Assembly (NCBI GenBank): GCA_963762255.1
Contig: CAVXKA010000002.1
Span: 1,216,001-1,280,000, forward strand
DNA length: 64,000 nucleotides
From: Candidatus Eiseniibacteriota bacterium
GTDB taxonomy: Bacteria; Eisenbacteria; RBG-16-71-46; JABDJR01
Reading direction: 5' to 3'
This document shows, piece by piece, positions 17,415 to 26,232 of this stretch. A program made the translations under genes and the position numbers. Under the pieces are notes generated by a model. That model searched no databases. It was given only the letters and a program-made list of their open reading frames with translations, and was not told the origin of the DNA. Numbering within the stretch: position 1 is the first letter of the stretch; each line of letters starts with the position of its first letter.

Positions 17415-18461
17415 ATGACCGCAAGGCTGGCACGCGTTGCCCGATCGTTGCTCCTGCTTCTTGCGGTGTTCTGCAGCGGCGCGGCCGGTGCCCCGCCCGA
17501 CTCGAAGAACGTCGATGCACTCCGCCGGCTGTCCGCGAGGGACAGCCTCACCGTAGTCGTGACGGATTCCGGGCTGGGCGGCCTGTCGGTGGTGGCCGAC
17601 GCCGCGCGGAAGATGACGGAACAGAAGGCCTACCGCCACGTCGAGATCGTGTTCTACAATGCCCTGTTCACCGACGAGGGCGGTTACAACAGCCTGCCCG
17701 ACCGAAACGACAAGGTGCGCGTGTTCAATAGGGCGCTGGAAGACATGCAGCGGCGCTACGCCCCCGATGTGATCCTCGTCGCATGCAACACCCTGTCGGT
17801 GCTGGCCGACGCCACCGACTTCGTCGCTGCGTCACGGACCCCCGTGATCGGCATCGTGGACGCCGGCGTTCGCTTGATCGCCGAGCGCCTGGAGGCGGAC
17901 GAGAGCGACCGCGTGATCATCTTCGCCACCGAAACCACGGTGGAAGAGGGCACGCATAAGGCGGCGCTCGTAGCCCGTGGTTTCAGCGCGGACCGAATCG
18001 TGTTGCAGCAATGCCCTGAACTCGCGTCGTACATCGAAATGGACTACGACGGCGCGGAGACCAGACTCCTGATCGACGCCTACGTGGATGAAGCGCTGGC
18101 CCGCACGGGAGAGATCGACGGCACGCTTCACGTCAGCTTGAACTGCACGCACTACGGATACGCCTTGGCGGCCTGGAGGGAAGCCTTCGAGGCCAGGGGA
18201 ATCCCGGTGGCGGATTTCCTGAATCCGAACCTGACCATGATCGACGTTCTCCTGCCCGACTTCGTCCGCGACCGCTTCGACTCGGCGGATGTCCGGGTAC
18301 GGGTCGTCTCGATGGTGGAGATCCCGGAGGAGACCCGCACGTCGATAGGCGGCCTGCTCCGCGAGGACTCGCCAGCGACCGCCCGGGCGTTGCAGGACTA
18401 CGAACTGAACCCCGAGTTGTTCGGATGGCGTGATGTCGTGACCGGCGGGGGCAACCGCTAG
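17415..18461 (+). CDS. Asp/Glu racemase family protein (glutamate racemase-like) with predicted signal peptide
   Basis: AAGGAGG RBS; TDSGLGGLSV, VACNT and LNCTHY motifs with both catalytic Cys; N-terminus MTARLARVARSLLLLLAVFCSGAAGA. Confidence 0.85.
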   Translation: MTARLARVARSLLLLLAVFCSGAAGAPPDSKNVDALRRLSARDSLTVVVTDSGLGGLSVVADAARKMTEQKAYRHVEIVFYNALFTDEGGYNSLPDRNDKVRVFNRALEDMQRRYAPDVILVACNTLSVLADATDFVAASRTPVIGIVDAGVRLIAERLEADESDRVIIFATETTVEEGTHKAALVARGFSADRIVLQQCPELASYIEMDYDGAETRLLIDAYVDEALARTGEIDGTLHVSLNCTHYGYALAAWREAFEARGIPVADFLNPNLTMIDVLLPDFVRDRFDSADVRVRVVSMVEIPEETRTSIGGLLREDSPATARALQDYELNPELFGWRDVVTGGGNR

Positions 18462-19591
18462 GGGGCCGCCAGGTACCGCCCGTACCCGTTGGCCAGCAAT
18501 TCGGCCGGCGCCGGCCAGCCTCCGGCGAGAAGAGCCCTCTCCGGATACAGCGAGTTGTAGGCGTCGACGATGGCCGCGATGGCAGCCAGATGACGGGCGA
18601 CCCGCTTCTCGATGGGGATCCCCTCCACATCGAAGGAGGCGTAGAGCACGCCGGCCTTGGCCGCCAGGACATACCCGTCGTCCTTGCCCTTGAGGGCAAG
18701 CTCGGGGCTGGTGCGCCCCCGCAACCGCCCCATGATCACGCTCGTGGTTTCCAGCAGAAAAGGCAGGGTCTTTGTGTGATCCGTCCATTCGCGGTGGCTC
18801 AGTCCCCGGAAGTTGGGCGGCGACGGCTCGAGCGTGAATTCCCATCCGTCCATCTGCAGCGCGACCAGGGCCATCGACGCGATGTCCTGGCTGACCTCGG
18901 ACGCCACGATCGCGTTCACGACCGGATACTCGGGCGAGGACTCGTGCAGGTCGAAGGACAGGTCGATCTCCTCACGGCGAATGAGCTCGGTGATCGCCCA
19001 GGCGATGCGCTCGGTGAGGTTGCCGTCGGCGACTCCGGGGTAGGCCCGGTTGAGGTTGCGCGTCTCGTTTCCGGCCAGGGTCATGCCGGATGAGGGCTGG
19101 ACATAGACCTCGGGATCCGGCCACTGGTGGACGGGATTGGTGAAACGCGAGCCGAAGCGGAAGAACCGGGCACCTCCCGCCGTCTGGAACGTGACTCCCA
19201 GGGGGTGGGCCTCCTGCGGCTCGGTATTGGTGATCGCGCTCGCGTTGGCAAGCGGGATGATGAACACCCGGCCGGCATCCACGCGCAGGTTCTCCAACAT
19301 GATGATGGCGGTGAGCTGGCCGGCGATTTCCGAAGCGTGAGTCCCACCGAGGACCAACAGGCTCCCCCCGGGTACCCCGCTGTCGAAAGCGTAGACGTCG
19401 GTGTCGCCCGGGGTCCCCTTGAGATGGGGGTTGATCTCGCTGAGGCGGAGCGTTCGGGTCAGCGCGGCCGAGGGGTGTAGAACCTCGCGTTCATTCTGCT
19501 TCCTGAAGAGGCGGGCGGACAGGACCACGAGAACGACCGTGAGCGACAGCGAAACGGCGATCTTCAGCGCGCGACTACGGGTGATGGTCAT
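18458..19591 (-). CDS. Succinylglutamate desuccinylase/aspartoacylase (M14-like Zn peptidase) family, N-terminal membrane anchor
   Basis: GGTHASE (HxxE), NLNRAYPG, DLHES and LLET motifs; hydrophobic N-terminus. Confidence 0.85.
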   Translation of the reverse strand: MTITRSRALKIAVSLSLTVVLVVLSARLFRKQNEREVLHPSAALTRTLRLSEINPHLKGTPGDTDVYAFDSGVPGGSLLVLGGTHASEIAGQLTAIIMLENLRVDAGRVFIIPLANASAITNTEPQEAHPLGVTFQTAGGARFFRFGSRFTNPVHQWPDPEVYVQPSSGMTLAGNETRNLNRAYPGVADGNLTERIAWAITELIRREEIDLSFDLHESSPEYPVVNAIVASEVSQDIASMALVALQMDGWEFTLEPSPPNFRGLSHREWTDHTKTLPFLLETTSVIMGRLRGRTSPELALKGKDDGYVLAAKAGVLYASFDVEGIPIEKRVARHLAAIAAIVDAYNSLYPERALLAGGWPAPAELLANGYGRYLAAP

Positions 19592-19598
19592 GGTTTTC

Positions 19599-19745
19599 TC
19601 ACTTCACCATCAGGAGACGGAGCATTATCGGCACCAGCACGATGACCACCGTGAGCTGCCGGGCGAACCGCTTCTCCTCGAAGATCTCCCAGAGGAGGAC
19701 CACGCAGAACAGGAGAACGATGAGTTGGTTAATCAAGGCGATCAA
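19599..19745 (-). CDS. 48-aa two-helix small membrane protein (absent from the ORF track)
   Basis: GGAGGGGG RBS, TTG start, MIALINQLIVLLFCVVLLWEIFEEKRFARQLTVVIVLVPIMLRLLMVK; fills the gap between the permease and peptidase genes. Confidence 0.75.
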   Translation of the reverse strand: MIALINQLIVLLFCVVLLWEIFEEKRFARQLTVVIVLVPIMLRLLMVK

Positions 19746-19760
19746 CGTGATTCCCCCTCC

Positions 19761-21038
19761 TCAGAGCGACAGGAGCCGGGCCAACGGGTTGGCCAGCAGG
19801 ATCATCAGGACCGCCCACAGCGCCGTGATCACCGTCGGCAGAGCCGTGTACTTCAGAATCCGGTAGTAGTTCGGCTCCCCGATGACCTGAGCGGTGAACA
19901 TGCCGACGAGGGCGGTGGGCGGCATCAGGTCCCCGAGCCCTGCGAGAAGCGACAAGGCCGATCCCACCACGATCTCGTTCTGACCGAGGAAGGACAGCAG
20001 GAAGGGTACCCCCAGGACCGAAGCCGAACCGTAGGCGGATACCGCGCCGAAGAGCGGCATCGAAATCGCCACGCCGACCAGCTTCCACGCCGCCGGAAGG
20101 TCGAGGGTGGCCACAACGAGCTGCCCGCGGACACCGACCAGGGTCATGATCTGGATGAACGTTCCGATTCCGATCAGGATACCCATCACGGGAAGGCCCT
20201 GACGGATCGAGCGCTGGGCGCTGCGAAGCATGTTGTACCGCTTGCCCGTTACGCCACACAGGACGGCTCCGATGAGAAATATCATGGGGAGACGGAGATC
20301 GCCCGCCACCGCGGGGGCGACGCGCAGGAGGATCAGGAGAGCAGCCACCAGTATCAACGGAAGGAACAGCCGAAAACCATACCTGGCGGCGTGGTTCTCG
20401 CCCAACTGCGGCATGACCGCCTCAAGGTCGATCCTCCGCAGATGGGGCCCGGCCAACCACAGATTGACTCCGATGGCGAGCGGGAAGGTCGCCAGGGCGA
20501 GCGGCAGGTCGAAACCCGTGTACGGCATGTCGACGCCGCTGCCGATGATCATGGTGGGCAGACTGATGGGCGGGGCGATCATGCCGTAGACGGCGCTCAT
20601 GGCGATCATGGCCCCGACTCGGGGCCGCGGGATGCCGCAGGCGGCGAGCACCGGCGCCGCCATCGCACCGGTCGTCAATACGGTGGCCGTGGACTGGCCG
20701 GTGATCATCCCGGGAAACATGATGAAGATCGTCATTCCGATCACGAGCAGCAACGGCCGCCGGTGGAGCCCGGTCAAGAGGCCCCTGCTGATGCCGGCAA
20801 GCGCCCCCGACTGCTCCAGCCCCCCCATGAACACCATCGCGGTCGCGATGATGAGGATGGGATCGATGTAGGCGAAGCCACCCTCGGCGAGGTGCCGCAG
20901 GGGAAGCCCCTCCCCTCCCGCAAGCGCGCCCGCCATGGCCGCGACCACCAGGGCCAATCCCCGGGGGATCCGGATGAGCAGGTCGCAAACGAGGAAGACC
21001 CCAAGCATGATCACCAGCAGCCAGATCGGGCCCACCAT
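19761..21038 (-). CDS. TRAP DctM-like / IT-superfamily large permease
   Basis: AAGGAG RBS before ATG 21038; multi-TM protein; PGMITGQS, GMIAPP and DLMPPT re-entrant motifs. Confidence 0.8.
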   Translation of the reverse strand: MVGPIWLLVIMLGVFLVCDLLIRIPRGLALVVAAMAGALAGGEGLPLRHLAEGGFAYIDPILIIATAMVFMGGLEQSGALAGISRGLLTGLHRRPLLLVIGMTIFIMFPGMITGQSTATVLTTGAMAAPVLAACGIPRPRVGAMIAMSAVYGMIAPPISLPTMIIGSGVDMPYTGFDLPLALATFPLAIGVNLWLAGPHLRRIDLEAVMPQLGENHAARYGFRLFLPLILVAALLILLRVAPAVAGDLRLPMIFLIGAVLCGVTGKRYNMLRSAQRSIRQGLPVMGILIGIGTFIQIMTLVGVRGQLVVATLDLPAAWKLVGVAISMPLFGAVSAYGSASVLGVPFLLSFLGQNEIVVGSALSLLAGLGDLMPPTALVGMFTAQVIGEPNYYRILKYTALPTVITALWAVLMILLANPLARLLSL

Positions 21039-21084
21039 CCCATCGTCTCCTTGGAGTACGGAAGTTGCCAGGAAGTGAGCAGGA

Positions 21085-21100
21085 TACAATTCCCGTGCCA
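21085..21100 (-). promoter_or_regulatory. Putative sigma54 promoter for the permease-small protein-peptidase operon
   Basis: Minus strand TGGCAC-GGGAA-TTGTA (perfect -24, GT variant at -12), 46 bp upstream of the start codon. Confidence 0.55.
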
Positions 21101-21195
21101 TCGGTATCCAGAGGTGCAACAGGAAGATATGCGGATTACGAAGGGAAATGTGGGCGCATTCGCCACACTGCGCTGGCCGCTTTGGGCCCAGGGGA

Positions 21196-22566
21196 TCAGT
21201 CGATCTTGTATTCCCTCATCTTGCTGTAGAGGTACCGCCGATGCACTCCCAAGAGCTTGGCGGCGCGGCTCCGATTGCCACCCTGTTCCGCGAGGGTCTC
21301 CCGGATGATCCGGTCCTCCAGAGAGGAGAGGATCTCCTGCAGCGAGCGGCCCTTCTCGAGTTCATCCCGGTACCGGATGCCCCCGGCGGCTCCTGCGGAC
21401 TCGATGGGGACATTCTCCAGATGGAGGACGTTGCCGCTGCGCAGGGCGAGGCCGGAGTGGACGACGTTCTCGAGTTCGCGCACGTTGCCGGGCCAGGAGT
21501 ACGCCATCAGGCGCCTCATGGTGCCGTCGGAGATCACGATGTCCTGGCCGGGGCCGTATCTTCTGACGAAATGCCGCGCCAGCAACGGCATATCCGCCAT
21601 GCGTTCGCGAAGCGGGGGCAGCTTGATGCGGATGACGTTGATGCGGTAGTAGAGGTCCGACCGGAAACGACCCGCCTTCACCTCCTCTTCGAGATCGCGG
21701 TTGGACAACGAGATCACGCGCACGTCGACCTTGCGGACCTCTTCGCCGCCGACCCTGAAGAAGGTGCCGTGCTGGAGAATCCGGAGCAGCCTCGCCTGAA
21801 GTCGCTCCGACATGCCGGTGATCTCATCCAGCAGGAGAGTGCCTCCGTCGGCCATCTCGAAACGTCCCATGGTAAGGTTGGTGGCGCCGGTGAAGGCACC
21901 CTTCTCGTGGCCGAAGATCTCGCTCTCCAGCAGCGATTCCACGAACGCGGCGCAGTTCACCTTGACATAGGGCTTTCCGGACCGCGATGAATAGCGCTGG
22001 ATCGCATCCGCGATGACCTCCTTGCCGGTGCCGCTCTCGCCTTCGATGAGCACCGGGGCGTCGCTGGAGGAGATCCTCCCGATCTGCTTGAACACTTCCT
22101 GCATGCCCGGGGTCTGACCGATCAGGGGGCCGATTTCCCCCGCCGGCGCCACCGCTCCACCGATCTGAGACCGCAGGGACTTGAGCTCCCCCAGCAGCCC
22201 TCCGTACTCGAGCGCCCGGGTGATGATCACCTGGAGTTTGTCGGCGTCGAATGGCTTGTCGAGGTAGTCATATGCACCCTTCTCCATCACCTCGATGACG
22301 CGCTCACTGGTTCCGTAGGCGGTGAAGAGGATCACGGGCAGATCGGGATACTGCTGCTTGATGCTCTCGAGGGTGGCCATTCCGTCCGCGCCCGGCATCT
22401 GGAAGTCGAGCAGGACCACATCGATGCGGTGGCGGCGCAGGATCGCCAAGGCGTGTGCGCCGTCCTCCGCCTCGAGCACCTGGAGCGACGGACCCGAAAG
22501 AAGGTCACAGACGTTGCGGCGCATCGCGGCCTCGTCATCCACGACCAACAGGGTCTTGCGAATCAT
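21196..22566 (-). CDS. sigma54-dependent response regulator (NtrC/AtoC family: REC-AAA+-Fis HTH)
   Basis: VVDDE and LLDFQMP receiver motifs; GESGTGKE, GAFTGA, LLDEI, WPGNVRELEN; C-terminal HTH. Confidence 0.95.
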   Translation of the reverse strand: MIRKTLLVVDDEAAMRRNVCDLLSGPSLQVLEAEDGAHALAILRRHRIDVVLLDFQMPGADGMATLESIKQQYPDLPVILFTAYGTSERVIEVMEKGAYDYLDKPFDADKLQVIITRALEYGGLLGELKSLRSQIGGAVAPAGEIGPLIGQTPGMQEVFKQIGRISSSDAPVLIEGESGTGKEVIADAIQRYSSRSGKPYVKVNCAAFVESLLESEIFGHEKGAFTGATNLTMGRFEMADGGTLLLDEITGMSERLQARLLRILQHGTFFRVGGEEVRKVDVRVISLSNRDLEEEVKAGRFRSDLYYRINVIRIKLPPLRERMADMPLLARHFVRRYGPGQDIVISDGTMRRLMAYSWPGNVRELENVVHSGLALRSGNVLHLENVPIESAGAAGGIRYRDELEKGRSLQEILSSLEDRIIRETLAEQGGNRSRAAKLLGVHRRYLYSKMREYKID

Positions 22567-24158
22567 CGGACCTCCGAATCCGGCGCAGCGAGGGGGAACG
22601 TCACCCGGCAGTGGGCCCCCCGGGCTCCGGTCGTCTCCACGAATTCTATGGTGCCGTCGTGGGCATGGACCACCTCGTAGGCGATGGCGAGTCCCAATCC
22701 GGTGCCGTCCTGGCGCGTGGTGAAGAAGGGCTCGAATACCCTCTCTCTGAGCTCGGGCGGCAGGGGCGGCCCAGTGTTCGTGAAGTCGACGACGAGGCGC
22801 CCCGCCTCTCCATCCAGCCGACTGGCCACCGAGGCCGCGCCGCCGGCGTCGACGATGTCGACCGAGTTGGTGAGGATGTTCAGGAAGACCTCACGGAGCA
22901 GGACCGGGTCGCCGATGATCCGGGCTCCGTCCGCATTCAGGTTCACCTTTAAGTCAATGTCCTTCCTGGCGAACATCGGCTTGACGAAATCCACGGTGTT
23001 GCGAATGACCTCGTCCGCGTTCAGCGGCTTCATCCCCTCCTTGCGCACGGAGCGCGCGAAGAAGAGCAACCGCCGGACGAGATCTGACAGCCGGTCGATC
23101 TCATGTAGCGCGATTCCAATCGACTCCTCGGTCAAGGGCGGCGGCTGACCGGTCTCCTTGGTGAAGTGCCTCAGGTCTTTCTGCCAGATCTGCATCCGGG
23201 TCTTCAGGATGGCCAGCGGAGTCTTGACCTGATGGGCAATGCCGGCGAGCATCCGGCCGAGGGAGGCCATCTTGTCCTGTTGATAGAGCTGTTCCTCCGC
23301 AGACAGGCGCCGGTGGTGCTCGGCCTCCAACGACTCCACCATCGTGTTGATTGCTTCCCGAATGGTCCTGAACATCCCGCCGCTCGTGTTCATCCGGCGG
23401 CTCGGATCGCGTTCGATGAGCTGGAGGTTCCTGCTGAGGCTCCTGATCTCGAGGCGCAATCGGATCGTCATCAACAGAACCACCAGGAAGGCGGAGACGG
23501 CGACGACGGCGATCACTTGCAGATAGCGGTCGAGCCTCCACAGCGGCAGCTCGCGCTCGATGTGGATGCGCGCCCAAGCCACGGCGACGATCCGGTCATG
23601 GGCGCGGACCGGCACGGTGGCGAGGGGAAAGACCGAACTCGAGACCGATACCGTCTCGAACTCGTGGACTCGCACCACGGGCTTTCCCAGCGCTATCGTT
23701 TCCCGAACCTGGTCCAGGATGAGTTCATAGGAGCGGGGAGGGGGACCGAATGTGGGCACGGGCGGAGGCGACCAGGGGTCGCCATAGCCCATGAACTTCT
23801 CTTCTTCAACGACCCAGAATCCGCCCTTGACTCCCCGCGCGGTCGAGAATGCTTCACTGGAGAGCGCGGCCAGGCGCGTTTCCAGGGTGTCGGTCGGAAT
23901 GGGCAAAACCCCACCCATCGCCTCATCGGACTTCGAGGGCAGGCTTCGGAAGAACGACTCCGCGTTCAGGGCAAGCCGGCCGGCGGCGTTGACGGTGAGC
24001 GATGTGTTCTCCCTGATGACCTCGTCGCGCCACTTCCGAACCGAACGCTGGGCAAAGAGACCACCGGCACCGATCACCAGGATCAGCGCGAACGTGATCA
24101 CCGGGACAGAATGTCGAATGGTGGGGCGAGGCCGGAGCCGGATCCGCGCGGGGCACAT
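22563..24158 (-). CDS. Membrane sensor histidine kinase
   Basis: Two TMs; H-box GIAHQVKTPL; N box; FEPFFTT and GTGLGL. Start placed at ATG 24158 (GAGGAG RBS); ATGA overlap with the regulator. Confidence 0.9.
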   Translation of the reverse strand: MCPARIRLRPRPTIRHSVPVITFALILVIGAGGLFAQRSVRKWRDEVIRENTSLTVNAAGRLALNAESFFRSLPSKSDEAMGGVLPIPTDTLETRLAALSSEAFSTARGVKGGFWVVEEEKFMGYGDPWSPPPVPTFGPPPRSYELILDQVRETIALGKPVVRVHEFETVSVSSSVFPLATVPVRAHDRIVAVAWARIHIERELPLWRLDRYLQVIAVVAVSAFLVVLLMTIRLRLEIRSLSRNLQLIERDPSRRMNTSGGMFRTIREAINTMVESLEAEHHRRLSAEEQLYQQDKMASLGRMLAGIAHQVKTPLAILKTRMQIWQKDLRHFTKETGQPPPLTEESIGIALHEIDRLSDLVRRLLFFARSVRKEGMKPLNADEVIRNTVDFVKPMFARKDIDLKVNLNADGARIIGDPVLLREVFLNILTNSVDIVDAGGAASVASRLDGEAGRLVVDFTNTGPPLPPELRERVFEPFFTTRQDGTGLGLAIAYEVVHAHDGTIEFVETTGARGAHCRVTFPLAAPDSEVR

Positions 24159-24278
24159 CAACGATGGTCTCCTCGTCGGCGTGCCACGTTCGTATCGGGC
24201 ACATCGCGACTGTAACATTTTAGCGCACCCGTGCCTGGCGGGATGCGCCAAGTTATTACTTGTCAACGGCTAGGGAGT

Positions 24279-24294
24279 CGGCACAATACTTGAT
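24279..24294 (+). promoter_or_regulatory. Putative sigma54 promoter for the pgs operon
   Basis: CGGCAC-AATAC-TTGAT (correct spacing, GA variant at -12), preceded by the inverted repeat CAAGT-TATT-ACTTG at 24249-24262. Confidence 0.45.
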
Positions 24295-24389
24295 AGGGAG
24301 CCGCCCAGGGCATGTTCCGGGGACGTACGGGACAGGCCTCGACAATCGGATGGACGAAGGTGCGGGTACGGGAGAGAGGCAGGGTTCCG

Positions 24390-26222
24390 ATGAGAATGGT
24401 CGCCCTGGTGAGATCTCTGGTGGGTCTGGGTCTTCTGCTGGCCCTGGGGAGTGGATGCGATGGGATCTTCGTCGCGGACGGTGACGAGGATACCGGCATC
24501 AACTCCCGCGGCGGCTACTTCTATCTGCTGGACAACGCATCCGCCCGGCTGGTGATGCTCGACAACACCATGCAGACGGTGCAGAGCTGGCCCTACTCGT
24601 CCTTTACCAAGGAGACGTTCCTGCAGGGGCTGACCTTCGACGGGCAGGCCCTCTGGGTCTCCGTATCAGGTGACGCCGACAGCCTCGTCCGGCTGGAACT
24701 CGACGGCGCGCAGGCCAGGGTGCTGCGCGGCCTCACCGCACCACCCGACGGCGAGGGGACCGTGCGCGACATCGCCTGGGGCGCCGACGTCCTCTGGGTG
24801 CTGAACAGCGGCTCCACCACGTACAGCAATCCCCCCGAGCTGTTCCAGCTCAACCCCCAGGATGGCGCGATCATCTCGCGCCATGAGCTGCGCGGGACCG
24901 AGCCCCGGGGGCTGTGCTTCGTGGGGCCCAACACCAACGTGTACGGAGGCGGGGCTCCGGAAGGGTGCTATTACACCGATATCGAGGACGATCTCATCTA
25001 CGCGTTCGACGCGGCGCGCCAGACGTTCCGGACCCAGACCTTTGCCGCCCCGGTCGGCCCGCGGGGTGTGAACTACGTCTATCCCGTAGGCATCTTCTTC
25101 GACGGCGCGCGCTTCTGGACGACGAACAGCAGCGGGGTGGCCGACTATCTCTTCCACCTGGACTACCTGGGCGCCGTCGAACAGCGGATCGATCTTCCCT
25201 TCCAGCAGCCGGGCGCGCTGGTCTGGGTGGACCGCGACCTGAGCAGCGCCGGCGCACCGGTCGTTCTCGGGGCCACCCCCAACTCCGGCGGCGCCGGCGC
25301 CCGGAAGTCCGTGGTCGTGAGCGGCGACGGGTTCCGCAACGGCTTGTCCGTCGACTTCGGCTCCGGAGTCGCCGTCGACTCCGTGACGAGCGTGAACTGG
25401 ACCCAGTTCACGGCCCATGTCGCGATCGCCGACGACGCGGCGCTCGGCCTCCGGGACATCACGGTGACCAATCCGAACGGCATGCAGGGGACCGGCGCGG
25501 ACCTGTTCACCGTCGTCGACACGGACCCCTCGCTGGGCTACCTCTGGATCCTCGACCCCGGCTATGACGTCCTGCACCGCTACTCGATCAACGAGAAGCG
25601 GATCGTGACGACCTATAGCACCGAACCGGTCGCGCCCGGCGGTTCCGCACAGGGGCTGGCCTTCGACGGCACGCACCTCTGGATCGCGGCGGCCGGCTCG
25701 GACGACATCGTCGCCAAGGTCGATACGACCGGCGGCGTGCTGTCCGTCCTGGACGTGTTCACCGCGCCTCCCGAGGGCGGCGGGACGGTCCGGGACATGG
25801 CGTTCGACGGCGCCTATCTCTGGATTCCCAACAACAGCCCGGCAAAGGTGTACCGGGTGGACCCGGCCAACGGGGAGGTCCTGGAGACCATCGCGGCGCC
25901 GGGAGCCGAGCCGCGCGGAGCCACCTGGGCCGACGGCCGCCTCTACTGCAACGACAAGGACCTGGAGAAGGTATACGTCTGGAATGCGGGATCGGCCACA
26001 TGGAGCGCGGCCTTCGATGCGCCGACGCCCCCGGGAACCACCGGCAACATCTTCCCGACGGGTTTGACGTGGGATGGTGAGAGCTTCTGGATGTGCAACA
26101 GCTCCTTCGAGTACGACTACGTCTTCCAGATCGCGCCGGATGGAAGGGTCCTAAGCACCATCGAGGTGCCCAATCGCGGAAGCACCGCGGGGCCCGCCGG
26201 CGTCGTCTACACCCCGAAATGA
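24390..26222 (+). CDS. Lipoprotein with two homologous beta-propeller domains separated by an IPT/TIG Ig-like domain
   Basis: Lipobox-like LALGSGC; repeated GL(T/A)FDG..LW blades; both halves contain APP.G.GTVRD(I/M)A and EPRG; central ...RDITVTNPNG Ig motif. Confidence 0.75.
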   Translation: MRMVALVRSLVGLGLLLALGSGCDGIFVADGDEDTGINSRGGYFYLLDNASARLVMLDNTMQTVQSWPYSSFTKETFLQGLTFDGQALWVSVSGDADSLVRLELDGAQARVLRGLTAPPDGEGTVRDIAWGADVLWVLNSGSTTYSNPPELFQLNPQDGAIISRHELRGTEPRGLCFVGPNTNVYGGGAPEGCYYTDIEDDLIYAFDAARQTFRTQTFAAPVGPRGVNYVYPVGIFFDGARFWTTNSSGVADYLFHLDYLGAVEQRIDLPFQQPGALVWVDRDLSSAGAPVVLGATPNSGGAGARKSVVVSGDGFRNGLSVDFGSGVAVDSVTSVNWTQFTAHVAIADDAALGLRDITVTNPNGMQGTGADLFTVVDTDPSLGYLWILDPGYDVLHRYSINEKRIVTTYSTEPVAPGGSAQGLAFDGTHLWIAAAGSDDIVAKVDTTGGVLSVLDVFTAPPEGGGTVRDMAFDGAYLWIPNNSPAKVYRVDPANGEVLETIAAPGAEPRGATWADGRLYCNDKDLEKVYVWNAGSATWSAAFDAPTPPGTTGNIFPTGLTWDGESFWMCNSSFEYDYVFQIAPDGRVLSTIEVPNRGSTAGPAGVVYTPK

Positions 26223-26232
26223 GGAGCCACAC

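Noticed and set aside
17041-17520. 160-aa N-terminal extension of paralog D in the ORF track
   Set aside because: Runs through the sigma54 promoter and overlaps the divergent racemase gene; the signal peptide begins at 17040.
19401-21308. 635-aa plus-strand ORF
   Set aside because: Antisense to the permease and mini-protein, which have RBSs and family motifs.
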